From Epiperipatus broadwayi (taxonomy: Eukaryota > Animalia > Onychophora): a DNA stretch of 64,000 bases. The translations under genes and the position numbers were made by a program. Of the stretch, positions 1-10,255 are shown piece after piece. The notes under the pieces are model-generated. The model worked only from the letters and a program-made list of their open reading frames with translations. It was not told the DNA's origin and searched no databases. Numbering within the stretch: position 1 is the first letter of the stretch; every line of letters starts with the position of its first letter. Where the stretch lies: positions 1,240,001 through 1,304,000 of the forward strand of contig JAQFVV010000003.1 of NCBI GenBank assembly GCA_028023455.1, given 5' to 3'.

Positions 1-97
1 TGGTGGTCCCAGAATACTGAAGTTCCTTCATTTTATAATCAATCAGAGAATAAAAACATTTTATAGAAAACTCAGAAATAAACAACCTAAAGACAAT

Positions 98-610
98 ATG
101 AAATATCTATCAATACCTTTTATACATAATGTAACCTCAAACATTGCAAAAAAATTGCCTAACAATTTCAAATTTAGCTTCAGAACACTTCCCAATACTA
201 ACCGACTAATAAATAATTCCAAAGATACAATAGAAAGAGATCAAGTCTTTCATGTGGTCTATAAAATGGCATGCCCTCAATTAGGTTGCCAGGCATCTTA
301 CTATAGTGAGATTCGGGCTAACCTTAATACAAGAATTTACCAACACAGGTATGTATACAACAGGGTTAAAAATAAAAATGAAGGAACATCAGTATTCTGG
401 GACCACCAAATAGTTACAGGCCATGTATTTGAACCTAGTTCTGCCCAACTAGTTTGTACAGAGAAGAGTGATGCCAAAAAAAAGTTAAAGAGGCATTTTA
501 CATTGCAAATGATCCCAGTGCCATTAATAGAAGAGAGGCATGCTTTTCTCTCTCTAAACAATGGACTAATTAAATATTCAAACTCATTTGCATATGTGTA
601 CAATAAATAA
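98..610 (+). pseudogene. GIY-YIG endonuclease domain of a Penelope-like element
   Basis: Motifs as above; GET is degenerate (SEI). Homologous to ORFs 35236-35541 and 61569-61865 (shared NNSK motif). Confidence 0.8.
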
Positions 611-630
611 CAACAGTATTCATTCACAAA

Positions 631-675
631 GCTATGAGTATGAGATTCGAACATTAAATCTTGAAAGGGCTAAGC
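631..675 (+). ncRNA. Minimal type I hammerhead-like motif, A3-U8 core variant
   Basis: GCT|ATGAGTA-T|GAGATT cgaacatta AATCTT|GAAA GGGC TA|AGC: stem I GCT/AGC, 6-bp stem II, GAAA, 1-bp helix III with tetraloop. It lies directly 3' of a PLE endonuclease. Confidence 0.6.
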
Positions 676-1241
676 AGACCTATTACACATTATTTTAAGT
701 ATAATTATAGCTTCACTAACACATGCGAAAAAAGTTGCATATTTATAATTATAATACTTATAATTTTGATAATTGTTTAGTATGTATTTTTCTGTCCTTT
801 CCATGTTTAAGGCTATGAATTACAGCACAAAGAAGTGGGTCATTTTCTCCATGTGAATTCAAACTCCTGCTAAGGAAAACAGTCTATTATCTTGCCTTCA
901 ATTACATCAGTTTATGGTAGCTATTCTGAAAATTCTCTGGTCAGCTAAAACCAACTGCTGCACTTTATCAAGTTGCAATAAAATATTGAAACCAATTTTC
1001 AGCTGACCATTTTTACAAAAATTATTATCCAGACTGGCTGATATTTTTTTATCAGCTCTTTTTATAAAATCATCTGAGGTGTTATAACAACATCTTGATT
1101 AAAAACAGAATTTTATTTTTATCTTTTCGAATCCTTTGGAATCTATATACATGTTTTTACTTAGGGGATTTTTAATAGATAAAAAATTTGTTTAATTAAT
1201 TAAAAAGATTTCAAGAATAAGTATGGTGTTTTTACATTTCA

Positions 1242-1242
<1 letters not shown>

Positions 1243-1284
<42 letters not shown>
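1243..1284. repeat. (AAT)14 microsatellite, 5' flank of LINE A
   Basis: Perfect AAT repeat read directly. Confidence 0.98.
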
Positions 1285-1285
<1 letters not shown>

Positions 1286-1470
1286 TAGCACCAGAGGTCA
1301 CCTCTAGCTTACCACTTGTTCAGATCGTGCTCCTCAATTTATTAAAATAACATAAAATATACCGATTACAGGTATAAGTTTTATATCTCTAATAACTATA
1401 AAATAGAAAACTAATAGATTAATTAAAGAAAGAAGAGAAATACAAAAAGGCAACACAGATTGATTGCATA

Positions 1471-2957
1471 ATGGACTTAGATGTCCAACATAGAGCCATG
1501 ATGTCTGCCAGCTCAGACACATTTAAAAGTTCTTATGCACAAGTTGCAAAATTACCATCAACGGTTATAAAAAAAAGTGAAAATAATACGTGATTGTTTT
1601 TCTCAAGGAAAATGCAGCTAGCACCTAGATTTCACCGTTCTACAGCAGGAGATCTGATGAAACTAGATCTTACCCCAAAAACCACTGAAACCTATGTTAA
1701 CGCAATAAAAGAGCCTTGGTCTAATGATAGCCTTAAAAAAATATCTGAAGTGTTTAACCAGACCATCCCTAGGGAACTCTTCAATTCATTTAAACATTTT
1801 TTCACTGAATGCTCCGTTGTCATTGCAATTACAGATAGAAACTGTTTGCTTTATAGTTTCCCTAAGGAGCTTCTATTCGAAGAGATAAATAATAAAAACC
1901 TATGAAATTTGATAGTTCACGTGGGAGATCATCTGAATCTGCATTATCTGGCTATTGAATTTGTAAATGAAGAAAGCAAAGAATTGTTCCGACAAGAAAT
2001 GAAAACTCTGGGGCAATATGCATTAGTTGTAGTCAATCCCAACAGAGAACACTTTATTACTGGTTTAATTAAAAAAACTTACCTAGGTTACTCAGAAACA
2101 GATTTCATTAAACTTATGAAACCATTCGGGCAGGTGATAGATTTTCAGCCTTTACAGATTAAAAATACATCCATCCCAATATTTAGTAACAATTATAGAT
2201 TTAAAGTAAAACTGGGAGAGAACATTAATCCTGAAAATATTCCAACACAAGTTGCAGTTGAAGAAGCGACATTATTTCTTGTTATAAACGGTCTAAAACC
2301 GCAATGCTTTCATTGCAAAGAATGCGGTCATCTTATTAGCAACTTTCCGGCTTTATATTGTAATAATTGTAATATGAGTGCATCTCCCTTACATCAATGC
2401 CCAAAAGAAGACTTTCATAGTAATCAAGAAGTGACTATAGATGAGGTTGTGCAATCGACAGACCATAATATTGAGGGAAAAAATGATATTGACATTAGAA
2501 ATAGTGGAAAGGTGATTCTACATATTACAGGGTCCAATAGCATTGAAGTTTCCTCCTCTCCTAATCTGGAAATCTCACTCCCTCTTAATAAAACAACTCT
2601 CGAAATAATGGAACTGCTCGCAATGTTATCGTCCCCACAAATTCTAGAAACTTCACAAATCACTAGAAAACCAGGTCGGCCACCTAAAAAAAATCAGGTA
2701 ATAATTCCAAGAAACTAATGGCTCTAGAATGTGAAAGTAGTGATAATGATTCCCCTCCTCCAGTCTCTAGGAAAAAAGCTAACATCACGCCAAGTTACAA
2801 TGCCTCTCTAATTGCCACATACTCATCAGAAAATAGTCCAATGGAAGAGGAAACTGATAGTATTACAAACATAAATAAAGTTTTACTTGAAAACCCATTC
2901 ACAGATAGGAAAATGAGATCCAATGATATTTCTCTCAAATCTACAGACAATAATTGA
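1471..2957 (+). pseudogene. ORF1 (gag-like nucleic-acid-binding protein) of LINE A
   Basis: ATG 1471 is in frame with ORFs 1594-1905 and 1909-2718, broken by TGA at 1591 and 1903. It has the SYAQVA motif and knuckle CFHCKECGH. A probable frameshift in an A8 run joins ORF 2718-2957. Clearly homologous to 6926-8050 (FN.TIPR.LFNSFK.FF). Confidence 0.8.
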
Positions 2958-3088
2958 ACAATGCATATTTATTGATCCATTAAAATATACTACAGATTTC
3001 CTTATTAAAATATTTAACTTTATTTTAGAATAAAACTTTCCTATGCTAGGCTTAGATTCTGATATATATGTGCACACATATACAAATA

Positions 3089-6000
3089 ATGGATATTAAA
3101 ATAGGAGTTTTTAATGTTAGAGGGTTAAACTCCCCACAAAAAATTGACCTCCTCACTAAATGGTACGACATTGTTAAACCGCAGATAATGGGCATTATCG
3201 AAACAAAGATCTACAGTGGCTCACTAATCAACACTACAGACAAGCTAAATTCCAACGGCCATACAGCCTTCTCAAACACATCTGACACTCCATCAGCGGA
3301 TACAGGCATTATCATTGATAAAGCCTGCCCATTTAGTTCTTTCAAAATCCTACATATTGCTGCGCACTTGCTGATAATTATATTTACTCATAAAGCCATT
3401 ACCTTAAACATAGCAATTGTTTATATCCCCCCAGGTCCCACTATTATAAATAGAATTATACAAACACTTAACTCTAGGTTCATAAATGCTATGTATCTGG
3501 CGATTATTTTGGGAGATTTCAACATGACATATCAGACCTTCACCGGCAAATGGTTACATCAACTGTCCTTTTCGATGATGAGTGGAAGAGGCTTTCTGCC
3601 AGAAAAGTCCGTGTCATTTAACAATGGTAGACCTTCATCACTTATAGATCCGGTTTTCTATTCGCCATCATTACACAACATGATATGCATTCGATTAAAG
3701 AATTCTCCCCTCTCTGATCATGCAGCTGTTTTAGTGTCACTGGAAATTAATTTTGATAATAGAACAACAATTAATACAGGAAGAACCATCAGAGGTCTAC
3801 TACCATCACACACACCAGAATATCTTTTTTCAGAAGTATACATATATCTTCACAAGTTGAAAAATATTACAATGGATCCAGTCCAAGCATGATGTGCTTT
3901 TACTAACCTTCTATCATTTAATATTGATCATCTTACCAGGACAACAACATCCCCAACAAAACTACTAAAGCTTATGGATGATACCTATAAAAAAATTATT
4001 GGCACTTCTCAATCAAATCTCGATCATCCCTGTCTGATGGCTTTAAAGAAGAAATATCAAGAGTTAACAAACCAGCTTAAAGAATATATCTCCATTAAAA
4101 AGAAAAAGTTATATTTAAATAAGCCACACATGTATACCAGAAACTTCATTAGATGGGCGCTAGGCCACCCCTCCCAGGTGCGAGTCCCAGCAGCTATTAA
4201 AGTTCTAACTGAAATTGTCTATGGAGATTTTATGTTGGAGTGGCTTTACATATTGTATAGAGAAAAATTCCAGAGGGTATCCTCTCCAAGTTTAATGGCC
4301 TTTTCATGAGATAGATCAGAAAATGAATTTAAAATTTCTTTAAAAGATTTCATTAAAAAAATAGAAGCGATGCCAGATTCATGTCATTCTGGCATAGATG
4401 GAATTTCCAAGTTTGTATACAAACATAAATCGCTGCACAATATATGCTTAACCTAGTCTCCTACCTCACTAAGGACATCTATAAAATACAGGGCTTAAAT
4501 CAAATTATGCATGTGCCATTTTAATCTCAAACACCACTAACCTACATCCAATTTCAATGTGCTCCCTTGGCATAAAGATAATAGAATCAGTGATAAAAGA
4601 TAAAATAGAGCCATTCATTTTGCCAAACCTATCAAAAATGCAATTTGCCAAAAAAAAATCCTCAACAGGACAGGCAGCCTTTCTATTCAAGTCAACTATA
4701 GAAACTGTTAGAGATAATAAAAAATACAGTCCAGTTGTTATTCAACTAGATATTGCAGCCGCTTTTGACATGATTTCCATCAGTACTCTTCTTAAACCTC
4801 TGCAAAAATACTCAGTTCCGAACACATATCTAAACTTGCTTGCTAACTTGCTTTTAAACCGTGAGATTTATGTTTCCCTAAATGGGAAAACTTCACTACC
4901 AATAGTGCCACACCAGTCCATTCCTCAGGGATTACCTCTCATTGCCTTACTGTTTACTGCCTATATCAACCCTCTTATAAAAATAATAGAAAATGAATTT
5001 TCAGGAATCTACGTGCCTACCATCAATGACAACATCTCATGTATCGCATATATGGATGATATAGCAATATTTCTATCATCTCAAAAACAAATTCCAAAAC
5101 TTCTTAAGATACTTAATAATTTTACAAAAGAATACAAGCTAACATTTAATATGGAGAAATCGTGTGCATGGCAGATCTTCACCAGTAATAGCATTACTAA
5201 AGTTTTCAAAGGTAGACAAGCGCATTTCTTGGGTTCAACTTTTATTTACGACATTCATCTATGAGATCGATCATACAGAAAAATTTGATAGAGAAAGTGG
5301 AAAAGACTGTCAATTCATTCTTCAAAGCCTACCTCTCTATATATACAAAAATGGCCTTGCTTAACATGCTTGTGATTACAAAAATCTCTTATATTACTCC
5401 AACAATCATTTATACCAAGGCATTTACAAATAAAATAGACTCCTTATGCAGAAAATTATTCTGGGAAAAAAGATTTCAATATCAATAAAACATCTAAGAA
5501 AGCCCCTTTCACAAAATGGCCTTGGCCTTCACTCAATACATGTCTTCAGGATACAAAAAACATTGAACATAATATCTACACGTGCACAAAAATTCCCATT
5601 TTTAGAAATTGCTGCCAAGATTACCCCTACAGATAGATGACCTCCTCTCCAAGGATATCTGAACACACTACTTACACCATTATTAACAATTCACACTCTT
5701 AATTTTAAACCACCACAAGCCAAATATAAATATTGGGAAGTTTATCAACTTCTACATCCAAATCAAGATGATGTACAAACTCCACTTCATATTAATAATA
5801 AACAATTATGTTGCAAATTCAAACTATGGTCAATTGAACCAAAATGTTTTAACTTTCTCCTAAAGATAAATCTAGACTCACTACCTACACAACACTTTTT
5901 GAAATATCAAAGAAACTATAAAGATATAGATGATATATGTAATCTTTGCCATAGGGACTCGGAGACACAAAACCACCTTTTTTTTTCATGCTCAAGTCTA

Positions 6001-6282
6001 GAAAACATTCGTGAAATTATTAGCACTTCACTCAAGGATAAAAAAATCAATATGAAAACCCTTTTTGACTCTTTTAAAAGAGGTATCTTTGCTGAAATAA
6101 GAATGTGCACATTTTTACTCCATGCCTTATGGTGTACAAGGTGTAATTTCATATACAATTATAACCCTAGAAGACATCCAAACACGTTCAGAAATAAGCT
6201 GCAAACCATACATGAAAGAGACATGAAGATTACAGATCAATCTAAGTACATTGACACCTGGAATATACAAGAACTTATATAA
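3089..6282 (+). pseudogene. ORF2 (AP endonuclease, reverse transcriptase, C-terminal CCHC finger) of LINE A
   Basis: APE motifs FNVRGLN, ETK, VYIP, LGDFN, LIDPVF, SDH. RT motifs GIDG, LDIAAAFD, IPQG, AYMDD, FLG. C-terminal CNLCHRDSETQNHLFFSC and LWCTRC. Several stops and frameshifts. Confidence 0.92.
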
Positions 6283-6597
6283 AAGCACTAACAAAAAAAA
6301 CTATATCAAATGTGGATCCTTGTGCCAGTTTTAAAGCCAACTGACACAAACTAGATGTATTCCTGCTTTAATTTAATTGAAGTATATCTAATTGAATATT
6401 ATCATATGATTGAATGATCATCATTGTTTTTGTTGAACTGTTTTTTTTTAGATACTTCTAGTTTGATAACTCATACAGTTACTGATCAAATCATTGTACA
6501 TATGCAGTTTTGTGAAACCAATTTATATGTAAGAACTATGTGTCAAATGTAACTTGTATAACCTTTTAGAGTACTAATAAAGTTTATCCTTTGAAAC

Positions 6598-6636
6598 ATC
6601 ATCATCATAATAATAATAATGATGATGATGATGATG

Positions 6637-6704
<68 letters not shown>
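6598..6704. repeat. Compound (ATC)/(AAT)/(GAT)/(AAT)n microsatellite between LINE A and LINE B
   Basis: Read directly; ORFs 6574-6759 and 6619-6867 are translations of it. Confidence 0.97.
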
Positions 6705-6705
<1 letters not shown>

Positions 6706-6925
6706 GGGAGTTACTATAGTTACTATAGTAAAGAACGGTTCTCTAACAAATATTATCATCGTTATTATAGAAAAATATCAGTTATTTCGTCAAACCATAA
6801 GGTAAAACTGACTTATATATTATTTATATATAATAACATAATTTTTCTACATAGTTTTTTTAAATAAAAAATCTCAAAATAATCATATTTTAGAAAAAAA
6901 ATAATCCAAAGAAATACGCCATAAT

Positions 6926-8050
6926 ATGGCGATTCCAAATAAGAACGCACAAATTAATTGTTCTACAAATATGTCTATCGAATTTCCAATTCTAGCTATC
7001 AATAATATAAACAAAAATAAATCGTATGCTAGCGTTACCAAAACTATTAATAATCCAAATAATAAATTAGTGTTAAATGAATATCAAAAAACACGTTTTC
7101 GAACGTCTACATTAAATGACATACAGGAATTAGACTTAAATACAATAGACAATTCTCCACCCCCACTTACCGAATATACACAGGAAATGTTAAATAAGAT
7201 TTCTGAAAATTTTAATAACACCATTCCTCGAAATCTTTTTAATTCATTCAAACGTTTTTTTTCTCAAAGATCAGTCATAATAGCTGCAACGGATTCGAAT
7301 TGTTCACTCTATAGATTTCCTCGTCAAGCACTATATGATGCAATAACCTCACATAATTTATGGGAAACAATTTCTAAAATAGCAGATCTCACTAATCTGA
7401 GATATATAGCAATTGAATTTTTTGAAACAAGTCAAAAAGAGCGTTTTCAAACACTTATCAAAACAATACATAATTACATTCTAGTAATAGTGGACGAAAA
7501 TAAACAAAATATTATTAGCGGTATACTCAAAAACACATATTTTAACTACAAAATAGAAGATTTTCAAAATATGATGCAACCTTTTGGAAAAGTGTTAAGC
7601 CTACAAGGAATATATTATAAAGACACACCCATACATATACCATCAAATAATTACGAATTCAAAATAAAGTTGCACTCAAATATTGATCCAAATAATATCC
7701 CAACGCAAATATTAGATCAAGAAGCAATGCTATGTTTATATATAAGAGGATTAAAACCTAAGTGTTACGCTTGCGGATTAAGAGGTCATCTAGCAATTCA
7801 ATGCAAGGAGTTTTCTACACTTAAAAAAAAAAAACAGGTCAATGAATCAAACATTGAACATCAAACTGACATGTCAATAGCAGATAAATCAAAAATTATC
7901 ATACAAAATAATGAAAACAATAATGATCATGAGGCAAAAAATTCAAAAGAAAACGATCCCAAAAATGAAGATAATAGTAACAACAATGCTCACACAACAG
8001 AAAAACAATCTGAAAACTCAAATAACTCAATGAATATAGGAGAAAAATGA
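6926..8050 (+). CDS. ORF1 of LINE B (gag-like, CCHC zinc knuckle)
   Basis: 374-aa open frame with SYASVT and CYACGLRGHLAIQC (Cx2Cx4Hx4C). It probably once extended to about 8376 via now-frameshifted low-complexity sequence. Confidence 0.8.
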   Translation: MAIPNKNAQINCSTNMSIEFPILAINNINKNKSYASVTKTINNPNNKLVLNEYQKTRFRTSTLNDIQELDLNTIDNSPPPLTEYTQEMLNKISENFNNTIPRNLFNSFKRFFSQRSVIIAATDSNCSLYRFPRQALYDAITSHNLWETISKIADLTNLRYIAIEFFETSQKERFQTLIKTIHNYILVIVDENKQNIISGILKNTYFNYKIEDFQNMMQPFGKVLSLQGIYYKDTPIHIPSNNYEFKIKLHSNIDPNNIPTQILDQEAMLCLYIRGLKPKCYACGLRGHLAIQCKEFSTLKKKKQVNESNIEHQTDMSIADKSKIIIQNNENNNDHEAKNSKENDPKNEDNSNNNAHTTEKQSENSNNSMNIGEK

Positions 8051-8546
8051 TGAAAACATAGATCCAGAAATGACTCATATTATAATTAATAAAACATCAA
8101 CAGAAATTATGCAAACTATAATACCGCCACAGACAATCAACACCATCACAAGAAACTAAAAGAAAAACAGCAGGACTCAAAACAAAGCCTGATATTAAAA
8201 AAATTGAAACAGATTACAAGGATAATAAATCAAGCATATCTGATCTGCCAACTGAAAACATACAAATAGAATTTAATAACTTTCAACAAAATATCAAGCA
8301 GAAAAAACATCAATTTAAAAATACATCATATGAAACAAGATCATCAACTACACAAACCATGCCACAAGAACTATAACATAAGAAGATTAAAAAAACAAAA
8401 AAACAAATCATAATTTACATATAACCAAGGAAAATTACAATCATCCAACATACAATAAAACTACTTTATGAAAATTAAAATATCAGCTTTCAACATTAGA
8501 GGAATAAATTCAATATCAAAACTACAACATCTTAGTAAATTATAAG

Positions 8547-9290
8547 TGTAGTGTTTGTAAAAATGGCAGACATTTTTGTGCACTCCAGAAAAACTAGAAT
8601 TTATTCGTAAGGCTGTTTTTAGATTGCGCTCTGATAGCTGAGGAATTTAATTAGTGCATTGATGTAATGGCGATCAACAATTCCTAGAAGTATTTGCTAA
8701 TTACAAATGCTTCTAGATAAGAGACGTTACCTTATTGGTCAGTGCATTGATTGAGATCATTGCAGTTGTCAGAGAGCGAATAGAAGATGGTGTAACATCT
8801 AGCATTAATTAGAGGACAACTCCAGTAGAGAGCAGTCACGCAGTAGTGAGTAGCGAGCAGTATTGGAGAGACGTCTGTTTAACATCAGCAAAGATATCTC
8901 ACGTCAGTGCTGGTGGTAAATGACTAGCACACCCAGTGAAAATGTAGTTCACGGGTGTAGCTGAAAGACACCACAGCAGAGAAGAGCATTAGTTGCAAGA
9001 AGAGCATTAGTTGCAAGAAGAGCATTAGTTGCAAGAAGAGCATTAGTTGCAAGAAGAGCATTAGTTGCAAGAAGAGCATTAGTTGCCGAGAAGGGCATTA
9101 GTTGCAGAGAAGGGCATTAGTTGCAGAGCAGGGCATTAGTTGCAGAGAAGGGCATTCGTTGCAGAGCAAGGCATTTGTTGGAGAGCTTCGTTAAGAAAGA
9201 ACAGCGTGGGAATTGTATAACGTTATTTGCTGACCGCACAGTATGACTTGCAGTTATAACCTTGGCACAGTCATAAGTGTGGATATTACA
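8547..9290 (+). repeat. 5' LTR (744 bp)
   Basis: Direct repeat of 9584-10255; differs by four extra 18-bp units and about 26 substitutions counted by eye. Confidence 0.95.
8981..9184 (+). repeat. 18/19-bp minisatellite in 5' LTR (GAAGAGCATTAGTTGCAA-type, 11 units)
   Basis: 5 x 18 bp + 6 x 19 bp. The 3' LTR copy (10018-10149) has 1 x 18 + 6 x 19. Confidence 0.95.
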
Positions 9291-9291
9291 A

Positions 9292-9302
9292 TGGCACAGT
9301 CG
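9292..9302 (+). promoter_or_regulatory. Primer binding site, tRNA-Ser-like
   Basis: TGGCACAGTCG 1 nt after the LTR; 10/11 match to TGGCGCAGTCG, the complement of the invertebrate tRNA-Ser(AGA) 3' end used by gypsy-group elements. It is followed by ATTTGAACCT, resembling the T-arm complement. Confidence 0.7.
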
Positions 9303-9567
9303 CATTTGAACCTGGGAGTAGCGAATACGTTGAACTATAAGTTTAGCCGTAGACGGAGAAACCGGGCGAAAATGACAATCCCAATTAGTAACGTTAACAT
9401 CGGTGAAAGTTTGGAAATAAAATGTTTGTGCAATTAACATCGGAAGCTAACGTAATTGGAAAAAAAAAAAAAGTTTCAGCAGCTGTTAAATCGCATATTT
9501 CTGAGTGAAATAACAGGAAAGTAGCGAGAAAAAAACAACACCAAGGAATAGCAACAAGGGTTTTTCT

Positions 9568-9583
9568 GGAGTGGAGGGAGGTG
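9568..9583 (+). promoter_or_regulatory. Polypurine tract
   Basis: GGAGTGGAGGGAGGTG immediately before the 3' LTR. Confidence 0.85.
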
Positions 9584-10255
9584 TGTAGTGTTTGTAAAAA
9601 TGGCAGACATTTTTGTGCACTCCAGAAAAACTAGAATTTATTCGTAAGGCTGTTTTTAGATCGCGCTCTGATAGCTGAGGAATTTAATTAGTGCATTGAC
9701 ATAATGGTGTTCGACAATTCCTAGAAGTATTTGCTAATTACAAATGCTTCTAGATAAGAGATGTTACCTTATTGGTCAGTGCATTGATTGAGATTGTTGC
9801 AGTTGTCAGAGAACAAATAGAAGATGGTGTAACATCTAGCATTAATTAGAGGACAACTCCAGTAGAGAGCAGTCACGCAATAGTGAGTAGCGAGCAGTAT
9901 TGGAGAGATGTCTGTTTAACATCAGCAAAGATATCTCGCATCAGTGCTGCCGGTAAATGATTAGCACACCCAGTGAAAATATAGTTCACGGGTGTAGCTG
10001 AAAGACACCACAGCAGAGAAGAGCATTAGTTGCAAGAAGAGCATTAGTTGCCGAGAAGGGCATTAGTTGCAGAGAAGGGCATTAGTTGCAGAGCAGGGCA
10101 TTAGTTGCAGAGAAGGGCATTCATTGCAGAGCAAGGCATTCGTTGGAGAGCTTCATTAAGAAAGATCAGCGTGGGAATTGTATAACATTATTTGCTGACT
10201 GCACAGTATGACTTGCAGTTATAACCTTGGCACAGTCATAAGTGCGGATATTACA
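9584..10255 (+). repeat. 3' LTR (672 bp)
   Basis: Direct repeat of 8547-9290. Confidence 0.95.

Larger units (their letters stand above)
1..700 (+). mobile_element. Penelope-like element, 3' portion (end of RT linker, GIY-YIG endonuclease, 3' pLTR); 5' part lies outside the window
   Basis: ORF 98-610 reads NNSKD..VVYKMACPQLGCQASYYSEIRANLNTRIYQH...FWDHQIVTGHVF, the PLE GIY-YIG pattern (VY..C..C..Y(I/Y)GET.R.L..R..EH...H....GH.F). It is followed by a hammerhead-like motif at 631-675. Confidence 0.85.
1285..6597 (+). mobile_element. Full-length Tx1/L1-like non-LTR retrotransposon (family A), disrupted, inserted in (AAT)n
   Basis: 5' UTR, ORF1 with zinc knuckle, ORF2 APE-RT-CCHC, AATAAA at 6576-6581, ends CTTTGAAAC at 6597. 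Flanked on both sides by AAT-type microsatellite. Confidence 0.9.
8547..10255 (+). mobile_element. Non-autonomous LTR retroelement (TRIM-like): two LTRs plus a 293-bp non-coding interior
   Basis: TGTA...TACA termini, 5-bp TSD ATAAG (8542-8546, 10256-10260), PBS at 9292, polypurine tract at 9568-9583. Confidence 0.93.

Noticed and set aside
2716-2957. TAATG stop-start overlap suggesting a translationally coupled small third ORF in LINE A
   Set aside because: A one-base change in the A8 run just upstream fuses it to ORF1 as a natural-looking PPKKKSGNNSKKLMALE..., and LINE B shows a similar frameshifted tail. A homopolymer indel is the simpler explanation.
6574-6867. ORFs with poly-Y/H or poly-M/I tracts
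   Set aside because: Translations of the microsatellite.
8981-9184. Regular short repeats resembling a CRISPR array
   Set aside because: Units are contiguous with no unique spacers, the context is eukaryotic and there are no cas genes.
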